This document shows, in pieces, positions 30,704-42,300 of a stretch of 64,000 bases of DNA. Where the stretch lies: the NCBI GenBank assembly GCA_041640595.1, contig JBEPZY010000003.1, forward strand, positions 116,773 through 180,772. The letters are read 5' to 3'. The translations under genes were made by a program, and so were the position numbers. This stretch comes from Gemmatales bacterium (GTDB lineage Bacteria > Planctomycetota > Planctomycetia > Gemmatales > HRBIN36). The notes beneath the pieces are model-generated. The model had not been told where the DNA came from. It made no database searches and saw only the letters and a list, made by a program, of their open reading frames with translations. Positions within the stretch are counted from its first letter, which is position 1; the number at the start of each line of letters is the position of its first letter.

Positions 30704-30958
30704 ACTGCGAGGGCCACTCTCCTTTTTCAAGCGTCTGGACGAGTATTCTTCCGATTGTCAGCCCATTGACAATTACCTGGGCACCCTCCTTCTTCTTTTT
30801 CATGCAAGCCTGGACGAGATGTGCATGAGCCATTGCTGTGCTGGAGACACCGAGCCAGAACTTGGTGTTGGGGTATAACCGCCAAAACAGCCCCCAACCG
30901 CAAGTTACGTCCGTATCACTACTTAGCACTTCGTGCCACTTAGTGTACAATCGTCCAG

Positions 30959-31030
30959 TGGGCCCGGCAGGATTCGAACCTGCAACCGACGGATTATGAG
31001 TCCGCTGCTCTGCCGTTGAGCTACGGGCCC
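30959..31030 (-). tRNA. tRNA with CAU anticodon, most likely tRNA-Ile2 (lysidine-modified); CCA not encoded
   Basis: GGGCCCG acceptor stem, GCGGA-CTCATAA-TCCGT anticodon arm, GCAGG-TTCGAAT-CCTGC T arm; C4-G69/C5-G68 pairs favour Ile2 over Met. Confidence 0.93.
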
Positions 31031-31489
31031 AAAAGCAATTTCCCAGCGACCATGCGGAATCCCCGTCAGGCTAGCCGTCGCTGCTTATGCATTATAGGAG
31101 GCCGATTCAAATCGCGGCAGGTACTACACGTTTCGCCCGAAGCAACAAGCGGACGCGTAGTTACAGCTCCTTTTCACCGGGCTGGTATTTCTGCATCGGA
31201 AGGGGTAAGCAAATCCCCGTGGTTGCCCATAAGCATTTCAGTCCGACCGTCCCGTGTCATTTTCGCTGATTCGTCTCGCGCCGTTCCTGTCGGCCAACTC
31301 GCCATAACAAACGCTCTCGTGGGCATGCTCACTGTTGTCGGTCGCAGGACGGGTATGAGATACAAAGTGCGGACCTTGCAGCGTAAACGGGACCATCGAG
31401 CGAGTGCGGTCAGCTTGGGCCGACTGTGGGAGATGAACCATTCTTCCGAGTGCGTGTCCGGCACACCGCGGAGAATATCCGAGCGACCT

Positions 31490-34220
31490 GACACAGGCGG
31501 GCTGACGGTCGCTACTCTTGTTCGTCTGTTGCATGGTCGCCGAATAGTGCGCGGTTTTCGCCGGACAGCGTGCGGTTCACCGAGCCACGGCGGGCTGACG
31601 GTCGCCGCTCCTGGTGGCCGCGCGAAGATTCTCCGAACTGTGCCACGTCGCCGTTGCAAGTGCGTTTCCTGAACCCACGGGGGGCTTACGCCCCCCGCTC
31701 TTGTGTAGCAGTCGATCGCCGCGGGTGTGTGGGCGATTGCGGCTGCCGATGCGGTTCTGAGCCACGGCGGGCTGACGGTCGCCGCTCTTGGTGCCCGCGC
31801 GAAGATTCTCCGAACTGTGCCACGTCGCCGTTGCAAGTGCGGTTCCCGAACCCACGGGGGGCTGACGCCCGCCGCTCTTGTTTGGGCTGACGGTCGCCGC
31901 TCCTGTGAACATGCGTTTGTGCATCGCGGATGGGGCTATTCTCCGGCCGGGCGTAGCGTCGTGCGCCAAGAGCGGTCGGCGTGAGCCAACCGTCGGAAAC
32001 TTTCACGCTCGCACCGGCGTTGGTTAAACCACGGGGGGCTTACGCCCGCCAGCAGCCATCCGGCAACCTTTGCCACTAGCTGTAAGTGCGGTTCCTGAAC
32101 CCACGGGGGGCTTACGCTCGCCAGCAGCCATCCGGCAACCTTCGCCACTAGTCGCAAGTGCGTTTTCCGAACCCACACTTGGTTGCTCAGTCGGTCGGGT
32201 GTGTGAGCGATTGCGGCTGCCGATGCGGTTCTGAGCCACGGCGGGCTGACGCCCGCCGCTCCTGGTGCCCGCGCGAAGATTCTCCGAACTGTGCCACGTC
32301 GCCGTTGCAAGTGCTTTTCCCGAACCCACGGGGGGCTTACGCCCCCCGCTCTTGTTTGGGCTGACGCCCGCCGCTCTTGTGAATGGTCGTTTGTGCATCG
32401 CAGATGGCGCTATTCTCCGGCCGGGCGTAGCGTCGTGCGCCAAGAGCAGTCGGCGTGAGCCGACCGTCGGAAACGTTCACGCTCGCACCGGCGTTGGTTA
32501 AACCCCGGGGGGCTTACGCTCGCCAGCAGCCATCCGGCAACCTTCGCCACTAGTTGGAAGTGCGGTTCCTGAACCCACGGGGGCTGACGCCCGCCGCTCT
32601 TGTGTAGCAGTCGATCGTCGCGGGTGTGTGGGCGAATGCGGCTGCCGATGCGGTTCCGACCCACGGCGGGCTGACGGTCGCCGCTCTTGGTGCGTGTGCG
32701 ACTCCGGATTGGAAGACACGACTTCCCGGCGAACGAACGTCGTGCACCAGGAGCGGCTGGCGTAAGCCAGCCGTGGTTCCCCAAACGCAACTGCATAGCA
32801 TTCACGGTACACTACGGAGACCCGTGCACCTACCAACCCACGGCGGGCTGAGGGTCGCCGCTCCTGGTGGCCGCGCGAAGATTCTCCGAACTGTGCCACG
32901 TCGCCGTTGCAAGTGCGTTTCCTGAACTCACGGGGGGCTTACGCCCCCCGCTCTTGTCTAGCAGTCGGTCGTCGCGGGTATGTGGGCGATTGCGGTTGCC
33001 GATGCGGTTCTGACCCACGGCGGGCTGACGGTCGCTACTCTTGTTCGTCCGTTGCAAGGTCGCCGAATAGTGCGCGGTTTTCGCCGGGCAGCGTGCGGTT
33101 TACCGAACCACGGCGGGCTGACGGTCGCCGCTCCTGTGAACGTGCGTTCGGATCTCGGAAAAACCGTCATTTCCTCGGCGATCGAACACGGTGCAACCAG
33201 GAGCGGCTGGCGTAAGCCAGCCGTGGTTCCCGAAACGCAACTGCATAGCATTCACGGTACACTACAGAGAACCCTCCACCTACCAACCCACGGAGGGCTT
33301 ACGCTCGCCAGAAGCCATCCGGCAACCTTCGCCACTGGCTGTAAGTGCGTTTCCCGAAACCACGGGGGGCTTACGCCCCCCGCTCTTGTCTAGCCAGTCG
33401 GTCGTTGCGGGTGTGTGGGCTATTGCGGTTCCCGATGCGGTTCTGAGCCACGACGGGCTGACGGTCACCGCCTTGTTCGTCCGTTGCAGGGTCGCCGAAT
33501 AGTGCGCGGTTTTCTCCGGACAGCGTGCGGTTCACCGAACCACGGCGGGCTGACGCCCGCCGCTCTTGGTGCCCGCGCGAAGATTCTCCGAACTGTGCCA
33601 CGTCGCCGTTGCAAGTGCGGTTCCTGAACCCACGGGGGGCTTACGTCCCCCGCTCTTGTGTAGCAGTCGAACGCCGCGGGGGTGTGGGCGATTGCGGTTG
33701 CCGATGCGGTTGTGAGCTACGGGTGGCTTACGCCCCCCGCCCTAGTTTGGACTGACGCCCGCCGCTCTTGGTACGGGTTCGACCCCGCATTGTAAGAAAT
33801 GATTTCCCGGCGAACGAGCGTCGTGCAGCAGGAGCGGCTGGCGTAAGCCAGCCGTGGTTCCCGAAACGCAACTGCAAGTGATTTACGGCACGCCATGCAG
33901 AACGTTCTACCGATCGAACCCACGGCGGGCTGACGCACGCCAGCAGCCATCCGGCAACCTTCGCCGCTAGCTGTAAGTGCGCTTCCTGAACCCACGGGGG
34001 GCTTACGCCCCCCGCTCTTGTTTGGGCTGACGGTCGTCGCGGGTATGTGGGCGATTGCGGTTGCCGATGCGGTTCTGAGCCACGGCGGGCTGACGCCCGC
34101 CGCTCTTGTTTAAGCTGACGGTCGTCGCTCCTGGTAATGACGTTCTACGCTCTCGAGGAAGTCGTCTCCTGTTGCAAGGCGTCGCTGAAACACGCATGCC
34201 CGGCTGAGGGTCGCCGCTGT
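31490..34220. repeat. REP/BIME-like mosaic repeat cluster (roughly 35-40 hairpin cores)
   Basis: Core CCACGGCGGGCTGACG(G/C)(T/C)CGCCGCTC and CCACGGGGGGCTTACGCCCCCCGCTC repeated, inverted copies near 31967, 32441, 32748, 33198, 33828, with a small set of recurring linkers. Confidence 0.88.
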
Positions 34221-34320
34221 TGGTAACGATGATCGTCGCTCGTGGCAATGGTGCTCGCCGCTTCCGGTTGTGTGGGCGGATGGCGTCGCGGGTGCGCGTT
34301 TTCGATTTGCGGGGACGCGC

Positions 34321-34933
34321 GGTTTTGCAAGGTGGGTTCATGCGCTGGCACTGCGCATTGTCGCCCAGCACACCGCCAGGACACTAGGTTTTGCAAGGTG
34401 GGTTCATGCGCTGGCACTGCGTATCGTCGCCCAGCACACCGCCAGGGCGCCAGGTTTTGCACGGTGGGTTCATGCGCTGGCACTGCGTATCGTCGCCCAG
34501 CACACCGCCAGGGCGCCAGGGTTTGCACAGCGGGTTCATGCGCCGGTATCGCGTATCGTCGCACAGCACACCGCCAGGGCGCCGGGTTTTGGACGGTGGG
34601 TTCATGCGGTGGCACTGCGTATCGTCGCCCAGCACACCGCCAGGGCGCCAGGTTTTGCACGGCGGGTTCATGCGCCGGTATCGCGTATCGTCGCACTGCA
34701 CACCGCCAGGGCGCCAGGGTTTGCACAGCGGGTTCATGCGCTGGCATCGCGTATCGTCGCCCAGCACACCGCCAGGGCGCCAGGGTTTGCACAGCGGGTT
34801 CATGCGCCGGTATCGCGTATCGTCGCACTGCACACCGTCGGGGCGCCAGGTTTTGCACGGCGGGTTTATGCGCTGGCACTGCGCATTGTCGCACAGCACA
34901 CCGCCAGGGCGCCAGGTTTTGCACGGCGGGTTA
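34321..34933. repeat. 66-bp tandem repeat, nine full copies plus a partial
   Basis: Unit GGTTTTGCACGGTGGGTTCATGCGCTGGCACTGCGTATCGTCGCCCAGCACACCGCCAGGGCGCCA starting at 34321, 34387, 34453 ... 34915. Confidence 0.95.
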
Positions 34934-35141
34934 ACGCGAGCCACGGGTAGCCGGAACTCATAGCACTGGCATGGTCGCCTTGGCCAGGGTTTGCAGCGAC
35001 CACCAGCGCCTGTTCTTGTGCTGGCTTCGTGCCTGAGCGCAAGCATTGTCTCAGTGCTGGTTGGGTGAGCCTGTGCGGGCACGGAAACATACAATCTTGC
35101 GGAGACGCACCAGGCAATCATTCAGCAGGAGATAACCAGCA

Positions 35142-37019
35142 ATGGCCAGCGGATATGCGGGGAAGATTTTGCGGATTGATTTGAGCGAGCGGACGACTCG
35201 CGTGGAAAGCGTGGATGATCTGACGTTGCGGCGATATTTGGGCGGGGGATTGCTCGGGGCATATTTTCTGCTGAAAGAGACGCCGGCTGGCTTGAGTCCG
35301 TTTGATCCGCGTTCGCCGTTGATGTTTTTCACCAGTGCGATGAACGGCTCGGCGTTATCGGGAGCGAATCGCTACGTGGCGGTAGCGAAAAGTCCGTTGA
35401 CCGGCGGGTACGGGGAATCGGAAGCGGGTGGTTACTGGGGTCCAGCGTTGCGCCAGGCGGGTTTCGATGGCCTGATCATCACGGGCCGGGCTGAATCTCC
35501 GACCTGGCTGCTGATTTACGATGGCCGATGTGAGTTCCGCGATGCTCGCCGATACTGGGGCCAACTCGCCGGCAATGTGGATGACGGCATCAAAGCCGAG
35601 TGCAAGGATCAGCGGGTGGTAGTGCTGCAGACAGGCATAGCTGGGGAAAGACGGGTGCGGTTCGCGGCGATGGTGAACAATTGCCGGCATTTTCACGGGC
35701 GTTGCGGACTGGGTGCGGTGATGGGTTCGAAGAATCTCAAAGCGATCGCTGTGGGCGGTCACGATAAACCGGTTGCTGCCGAGCCGCAAATCACTCAGGA
35801 TGTGTTGCTGTGGTTCAAGCGGAATTACGACCGCAGCCAGGACACCATGCACCTGTACGGTACGGCACGCGGGGTCAAGAACCTGCAGGCGATGGGTATC
35901 CTGCCGAGTCGCCATTTCCGCGACGGTGCGTTCGAGCAATTTCAGGAGGTTACGGGCGAGCGCATGGCGCAAACGATTCTCACGCGGCGAGGAACCTGTT
36001 ATGCCTGTGCGGTGGCCTGCAAACGCGAGGTGACCGTGCCGGAGCTGGGCGTTACTCCCAAATATGGCGGCCCGGAATACGAGACCATCGCTGCTATCGG
36101 CACCATGAATGGCATCGCCGACCTCAAGCGCATCGCCCTGGCCAATCAGTTATGCAGTCAGTATGTGCTGGACACGATTTCCACCGGGGTGGTGATTTCC
36201 TTTGCCATCGAGGCGTACAATCTGGGCATCCTGACCCGCGAGGAGGTTGGTTTTCCGCTGGTTTACGGTGATCCGGAAGTGCCGATCCGTCTGATTCCGA
36301 TGATTGCCCGGCGGGAAGGAATCGGCGATTTACTGGCCGAAGGCGTGATGCGAGCGGCCCGGCGGCTGGGTCGGGGTGCGGAAGCCATCGCCCTGCATGT
36401 TCGCGGTCAGGAAGTGCCCATGCACGAACCAAGAGGCAAGAAAAGCCTGGCGCTGGCTTATTCCACCAGTCCCACCGGGGCCGACCACATGGAGGCGCCG
36501 CACGACCCGATTTATGAGGGCTTTTATCCGGGCAAGCATCCCCTGGCGGCGCTGGGGCTGATCGAACCGGTGCCGATGCTCGATTTCGGTCCCCGCAAGG
36601 TTCGGGCCTTCACTTACCTGCAGAAACTCTGGACGCTGTACAACATTGTCGGCATGTGTTGCTTTGTGGGCGTGCCGATTGGTAAACTGGAGTTAGAGCA
36701 ACTCGTCCGCTACTTCAACGGGATGACCGGCTGGGATGTGAGTCTGTGGGAGCTGCTCAAGGCTTCGGATCGGGCCAACGCTTTGTATCGGCTCTACAAT
36801 CACCGCGAAGGTCTGGGAGCAGTCGCGGACACCTTGCCCGATCGCTTCTTCCAGCCACTGGAAGCGGGTGCATTGAAAGGCGAGAAACTCGACCGCGAGC
36901 AATTTCACCAGGCGCTACGGACTTACTACCGCATGATGGGCTGGGATGTCGAACGCGGCATTCCCACGCCGGAATTGTGTGCGGAACTGGAAATCGAATG
37001 GGCGCTGGCAGCGGTGTGA
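35142..37019 (+). CDS. Aldehyde:ferredoxin oxidoreductase family (W/Mo-pterin) protein
   Basis: GYAGKILRIDLS, KSPLTGGYGES, GRCGLGAVMGSKNLKAI, CYACAVAC, GPEYET, LDTISTG. Confidence 0.93.
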   Translation: MASGYAGKILRIDLSERTTRVESVDDLTLRRYLGGGLLGAYFLLKETPAGLSPFDPRSPLMFFTSAMNGSALSGANRYVAVAKSPLTGGYGESEAGGYWGPALRQAGFDGLIITGRAESPTWLLIYDGRCEFRDARRYWGQLAGNVDDGIKAECKDQRVVVLQTGIAGERRVRFAAMVNNCRHFHGRCGLGAVMGSKNLKAIAVGGHDKPVAAEPQITQDVLLWFKRNYDRSQDTMHLYGTARGVKNLQAMGILPSRHFRDGAFEQFQEVTGERMAQTILTRRGTCYACAVACKREVTVPELGVTPKYGGPEYETIAAIGTMNGIADLKRIALANQLCSQYVLDTISTGVVISFAIEAYNLGILTREEVGFPLVYGDPEVPIRLIPMIARREGIGDLLAEGVMRAARRLGRGAEAIALHVRGQEVPMHEPRGKKSLALAYSTSPTGADHMEAPHDPIYEGFYPGKHPLAALGLIEPVPMLDFGPRKVRAFTYLQKLWTLYNIVGMCCFVGVPIGKLELEQLVRYFNGMTGWDVSLWELLKASDRANALYRLYNHREGLGAVADTLPDRFFQPLEAGALKGEKLDREQFHQALRTYYRMMGWDVERGIPTPELCAELEIEWALAAV

Positions 37020-37269
37020 TTGGGGCTGACGCTGCCATGTGAGCCAGCATGCGAAACGCGGTCCAGCCCAGTGCATGCCGCGAAGCTGTGCCATTGGCGC
37101 TGGTGCTATCAGCCAGGCCAGTGGGTTGCTCATCTGGGTCTGGTTTCGGTCATTTGCGAGGGGGAATGGTGACTACAGGCAGTGAATTCGTCCGCATTCC
37201 TGGCGGCGACCATACTAAAATTGGTCGGGGATTGGCTTTGTCTAAGGGGGATTCACAAGGAGAGCGGTC

Positions 37270-38295
37270 ATGATTCGTGTGCGTTGTCCTGGTTGCCAGC
37301 GGCCCGTCGAATTCGAGAACGACAAGGCTGGGAAAGCGGTCTGGTGCCCGGAATGTGGCAAGGGCTTTCGCTTGCCCAATATTAAGCCGGCCAAAACTGC
37401 GGTCAAACCAGCCGGCCCGGTGCTGGAAAAAAGTGCCAAAGGGCAAGCAGCCAGTCCACCGGTGGGGGTCAAGCAAAACGATGAATGGGACGATCGGTCT
37501 CCGTATGCGGTAAAAGAGGAGCCGGCTCCGCAGCAGAAAGAGGAGGAGGAAAACCGTGTTTCCGAATTAGTTCGGCGAGCGGAGCGGCTCAAGGCGCGAG
37601 AACGGGCCCTGGCTGCCGTTGCTAAGCCCGGTTTCTTTTTCAAAGCGCTGGCCACGTATTGTGCGGTCATCACAGTCATTACGTTTCTGGTGCTCAGCGG
37701 CGACGCCATACTGGCCGCGTTCAAACGCAAGATGCACGCTGAAGAAATCGCCAGACAAAACGCCGACGCTTTTAAACAAGGTGGTGCTCCCGTGGCCGGG
37801 AAAGAGCGCGACTGGCCACTTTCCATCACCGAGCGGATTTTCGGCGAGAAGACCCCTTACGTGGTCGTACAACTGGCACTGGTGGGAATAACCGCCGTGC
37901 ATCTCGTCCTGCTTGGCATTGTCATCACGGGTGCGGAAAAATTCCGCAAGTTCGACTCCTACAACTGGGTGGTAGCCGGTTGTATTGTCGGAACCCTGGT
38001 GGGGCTGGCTTCAGCAGGGGCTCCTGTAAGTTTGTTTTACCAGATTATGAGCGACAGCGGTATGGATGTATATCAGTACCTCGGCAAATTCCTCGGCGCG
38101 TTGCTCACGCTGCCGTTTCCGCTCATGGGCCTGGCGTCGTTGCTCGTGCTCTCCATGGCTATGCGCAAGGACATCAAAAGGGAATTCTTCTGGCGGCCAG
38201 GACAGCCGATTACTGACATGGACGAGGAGGAAGAGGAAGAAGAAGCGGAAGAAGACGAGGAGGCCGAAGACGAGGACGACGAGGAAGAGGACTAA
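37270..38295 (+). CDS. Zinc-ribbon membrane protein with acidic C-terminal tail
   Basis: CPGC-x16-CPEC, four TM segments, poly-E/D tail; AAGGAG RBS. Confidence 0.8.
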   Translation: MIRVRCPGCQRPVEFENDKAGKAVWCPECGKGFRLPNIKPAKTAVKPAGPVLEKSAKGQAASPPVGVKQNDEWDDRSPYAVKEEPAPQQKEEEENRVSELVRRAERLKARERALAAVAKPGFFFKALATYCAVITVITFLVLSGDAILAAFKRKMHAEEIARQNADAFKQGGAPVAGKERDWPLSITERIFGEKTPYVVVQLALVGITAVHLVLLGIVITGAEKFRKFDSYNWVVAGCIVGTLVGLASAGAPVSLFYQIMSDSGMDVYQYLGKFLGALLTLPFPLMGLASLLVLSMAMRKDIKREFFWRPGQPITDMDEEEEEEEAEEDEEAEDEDDEEED

Positions 38296-39303
38296 CCGTT
38301 TGCCCAACGCTTGCATTTTTCCCGGCAGCACACGCCGCGTAGTTTGTAAACCGAACTTGGCTTTACCCATCTCCCCATAAAGTCCACATCTCCCGATAAA
38401 AACACCCCAGGCGACGCACGCCGCGTCGTTTGCAGGCAAACCCACCGCACCTCATCGAGCCAACGCGACTGCCGTCAACCCAATGGACAAACGTAGGGGA
38501 CCAGGGTTGGCAGCGGGCAGCTTGTATAACCCAGACCGCAGAGGGCGTGAGCAGCACCAGCGCGGGGCGTAGAAAGTTAACACCGGGCAGCGGTGTAAAG
38601 TCTCCCTGGCTGGCGGTGTTAACCGAGAATTGATTTGCCGCAGGATATTTATGTTCGGGCCAGGAAAATCCCGTCGCTCGCGGGTGGGACAATTTTCGTT
38701 CCGCTGTGAATTTTCACACCTGCGTACACTAACACACGTCTGGGAAAACCGAAACCCGGCCTTCTCGTCCGATTCGGTGCTGAAAGCGCAGTTTCGCACG
38801 CAAACAGGCATGGGCTTTGCGACCTGACTGCGTTACCGCATGGCCAGACCCCGGAGCGCGGCAGTGAATGGAAGTGGCGCGGCTGCCGCGCTCCTCCTCC
38901 CGTTGCCGTGAGCCACTCCGTATGGGTTCGCAATACTGCTCACCCAGAGCCTCGCTCATGATACTTGGAGCACCTGCCAATCCGGGCAATTGCCAACGAT
39001 GCTGGGCGCTTATCGGATTCGATGGCAGCCGCCGGGTAATTGCCGTTGCGGAAACGTCATGGACAGGCGGAGTAGAACGGCCCGGGACGGAGCACGTTGT
39101 GGAACAAAACACGCGATTATCGCCGCCAAGTTACCAGTACGGTGCGTCCCTTTCGTATCCCGGCATTCCTTGCGACACCTCGACGGGCTGGCAGTTGCTG
39201 GACAGGCTATGGGCAGAATTGCGCTGGTTGCAGCGGCAAGCGAACCGTTTGCGGCGAAGCCGTTTGCATGTCCGATAATCCGGTTTTGTTCGCGGGCAAC
39301 CGG

Positions 39304-42300
39304 TTAGCCATGATGGCCAAACTGGGGCTTGCCTGACGGTTTGTCCGACGCAGATGGTGGCGGAATGGACCAGAACCAGACCACGCCGGCACCATCTACG
39401 CAGTGCAAACCCTGGTCGGTAGCGACGAGCTCCTTACAACCGGTCGGCAGAATCGCCGCAGACAGAACAGGGCTGGCCAGTTCGGTATCCCAGAGCATCA
39501 CCTGTCCTGTAGCATCGGCAGTAGCAAACCATTCCCCGTCGGCAGATGCGGCAAGATGAAGGATCGGGGAGGCACACGCGATCTCCTGCCAGGTCCACGT
39601 CGAGCCATCACTGGCAAATTTACCGAGCATCAGCGTATTTTCCGCGCAGGCAACCAGCAGGACTTTTCGGGAGTCGCACCAGGCCAGGGAAGTGGGCGTT
39701 TTTCCGGCAAGTGAGCACTCTTCGCAGTCCTGCACTTCCCTATCAGAACCAGCGGGCAGCGTGCCTGTCAGCAGTTTGCGATCCTTGGTCAGAGCGCACA
39801 CCTTACCAATCGCTGGAGCGGTAATTGTGCGGATAACGTGTCGGTCAGCGGGCCAGGTGAAATCCCCTGTCGCGGGTGAGTGTTTTCGTTGCGGCGGGGC
39901 TGGCGGGTCGGCAACTGCGCGATGGACGATTCGGCGGGCCAGCGTTACGGGAATGAGAAAAACCTCGCCCCTGGAGGTACGGCAGGCCAGTTCGTCCAGA
40001 CCCGCAGCAAAGTGCATGTCCACGATAGATAGCTTTCGGGGCAACTGCCAGCGACAAAGCGGGCTACCTTTCCGCTGGTAATAAACGGACCCATCTTCGG
40101 CAGCCAGAACGACCATCGAACCATCGTCGCTCAGCGCACAGGCTTTCGCGGGCTCTGGCAATGTCTGGGGATCCTCCAGCCACAACCGGTCCCAGCCGGG
40201 CTGCCAGCGACCGGTTCGCCAGCTACGATCCGGCTGCACAAGCAGCAGATAGCCACGGCGGTTGATTACCGCACGCTGAATCGGTGCGGGAAGTTGTGCA
40301 AGCCAGTAATCGCTTTGCTCGGCTCGCGTCTCGAGGACACCGTGGCTTGAGTCGTCCCGATTCAGAGGCCACACGTATAGCTTGCCGGTAGCAGTAAGTG
40401 CCAGCAGATGATCGGAGCCGACGAACTCACATGCACGTAATTCTTCGGCCGGAAGGCTGATCGTTCGCGGAAACGCATTCGGTTCCGGAAACAGGCCGAT
40501 TTGCCAGGAAGCGGTCGCGTTCGGGCGATAAATTACCGCGATGGTCTTTCTTTCGGCATCCAGACGCACACCGAACAGAGTTTCGGCTTGCCCTTCCCAG
40601 GTCCAGAAAGGCACGGGCGAATCTCCGGCCAAACCGCTAGCCCCACCACCACCCCAGACCGCAAGGAGGCGTTGTCCCACTGAGAGAAGACCAGCCGAAC
40701 CGCTCTGAAGACCATCCCGGCCAAAAGGTACCTTGTACAGCGTCCTGGCGGTAACCGATGCCGCTTCGGTGCGCCGAAGGAAAATCACCTGGCCATCAGC
40801 GGTCAGGCCAGCCCAGCCGTCTTCCCATTGGGTCAGGGCTAACACCGGCGGATGTTGCCAGCTCGGCTGTTGTATAAGCTGCAAACGGGCCTGCAAGAGC
40901 CGCCACTCCCATCGCCGTTGCTCGACCGGTATTTGTTCCAGTAGCGTCACCGCGGAACGATAGTCCCCTTGCTGGAAGGAATGGAAAGCGTCCTGGACCT
41001 GGCGAAGGGTTTGTTGTCTTTGCTGGCGAGCGCGTGCCTGGCGAAGTTGCTCGCGTTCGCGGAGCAGCGCCAGTTCCGCCGACCAGGCTCGCTCGGCCTG
41101 GGAATGAGCGAGTCGCGCCTGCCAGGTCACGCCGGCCAAGCCCAGGCCGGTAACGATTGCCGTAGCGGTAACCAGAGCCGCCATCGTCGGCCTGCGCTTC
41201 ACCCATTTCAGCGTGCGATACCACCAGGGTCGCGGCGCTGCCAAGATCGGTTCGCCGGCCAACCAGCGTTCCAAATCTTCAGCGAGGGCTTCTGCGGAGG
41301 GATAACGATTTTGCGGTTCGCGTTCCAGGCACTTCAGACAGATACTTTCGAGGTCGCGGTCAATCCGTGGGTTGAGCTGGCGGGGTGGAATGGGGCGCTC
41401 GGTCAGCACCTGACGAACCGTCGCCATGCGGGTCGGGCCTTTGAAAGGCGGTCGTCCCGTGAGCATTTCATACAGAATGGCTCCCAAACTGTAGATGTCC
41501 GCCGCAACGGTGACCACTCCTTTCTTGCCGGAAGCCTGTTCGGGAGCCATATAGCTGGGGGTGCCGACGATCTCTCCCACCTGGGTCAGGTCGAGTTCGC
41601 GCGAACCCGGCCGAGATCGCTGGCTGTCCGAGGCCGGGTCGGCGCTGGCATCCCGCGGCGCCGATGCCGCCGAATGCGGTGGCGATGCTTCACTGGCATC
41701 GGTAGTTACTTCGCCGCGCAGGTTTTTCGCCACGCCGAAATCGGCCACATGGGGTCGGCCATCTTTGTCGAGCAGAATGTTGGCCGGCTTCAGGTCGCGG
41801 TGCAGAATACCGCGCTGGTGGGCGTAATGGATACCACGGGCGGCGGAGATAATCAAACGGGCAGCAGCACGGTGATCGTCACGGTATCGGGCCATGTGCT
41901 GCGCCAGGTTGCCACCTTCAATCAACCGCATGCTGTAAAAGTAATAACCGTCATGTTCGCCCACTTCGTAAATGGGAACAATCCGCGGATGATCAATACT
42001 GGCGGCCGCTTCCACTTCAATGCGAAACCGTTGCCGTTCCACCGGGTTCGCCAGTTCGCTGCCCGGAATAATTTTCAACGCTACCAGTCGGTTGAGACTG
42101 ATTTGCCGGGCTTTGTACACCACGCCCATCCCGCCGCGGGCGATCCGTTCGAGGATTTCATAATCCCCGAAGATGCGGCCCGGAAACGGGTCAAGCGGTT
42201 CCTGCACCGGAACCTGCGGCGTGGTGCTATACTCGGCAGAATGCGTCTCTGCCGGGCGTTTGCGCAGTGAACCCGGTGGTGGCCCGGGATCGCTTTTGCC

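Noticed and set aside
28900..31030. Self-targeting of the tRNA by nearby spacers (CAST-style homing guide)
   Set aside because: No spacer showed a convincing match to the tRNA by eye, and no Tn7 or cas genes are present.
31016..35121. Many overlapping ORFs across the REP mosaic and the 66-bp repeat
   Set aside because: They arise from stop-poor GC-rich repeats in several frames on both strands, with no recognisable domain or RBS.
37020..37131. Possible period-74 repeat right after the AOR stop codon (first copy ends GCGAAAC)
   Set aside because: Only about 20/38 identity between copies, which cannot be told from chance by eye.
38400..39100. Long gap with GTTAACACCG/CGGTGTTAAC hairpin; considered c-di-GMP or other riboswitch
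   Set aside because: No complete riboswitch consensus was recognised; the small ORF at 39099-39278 is also unsupported.
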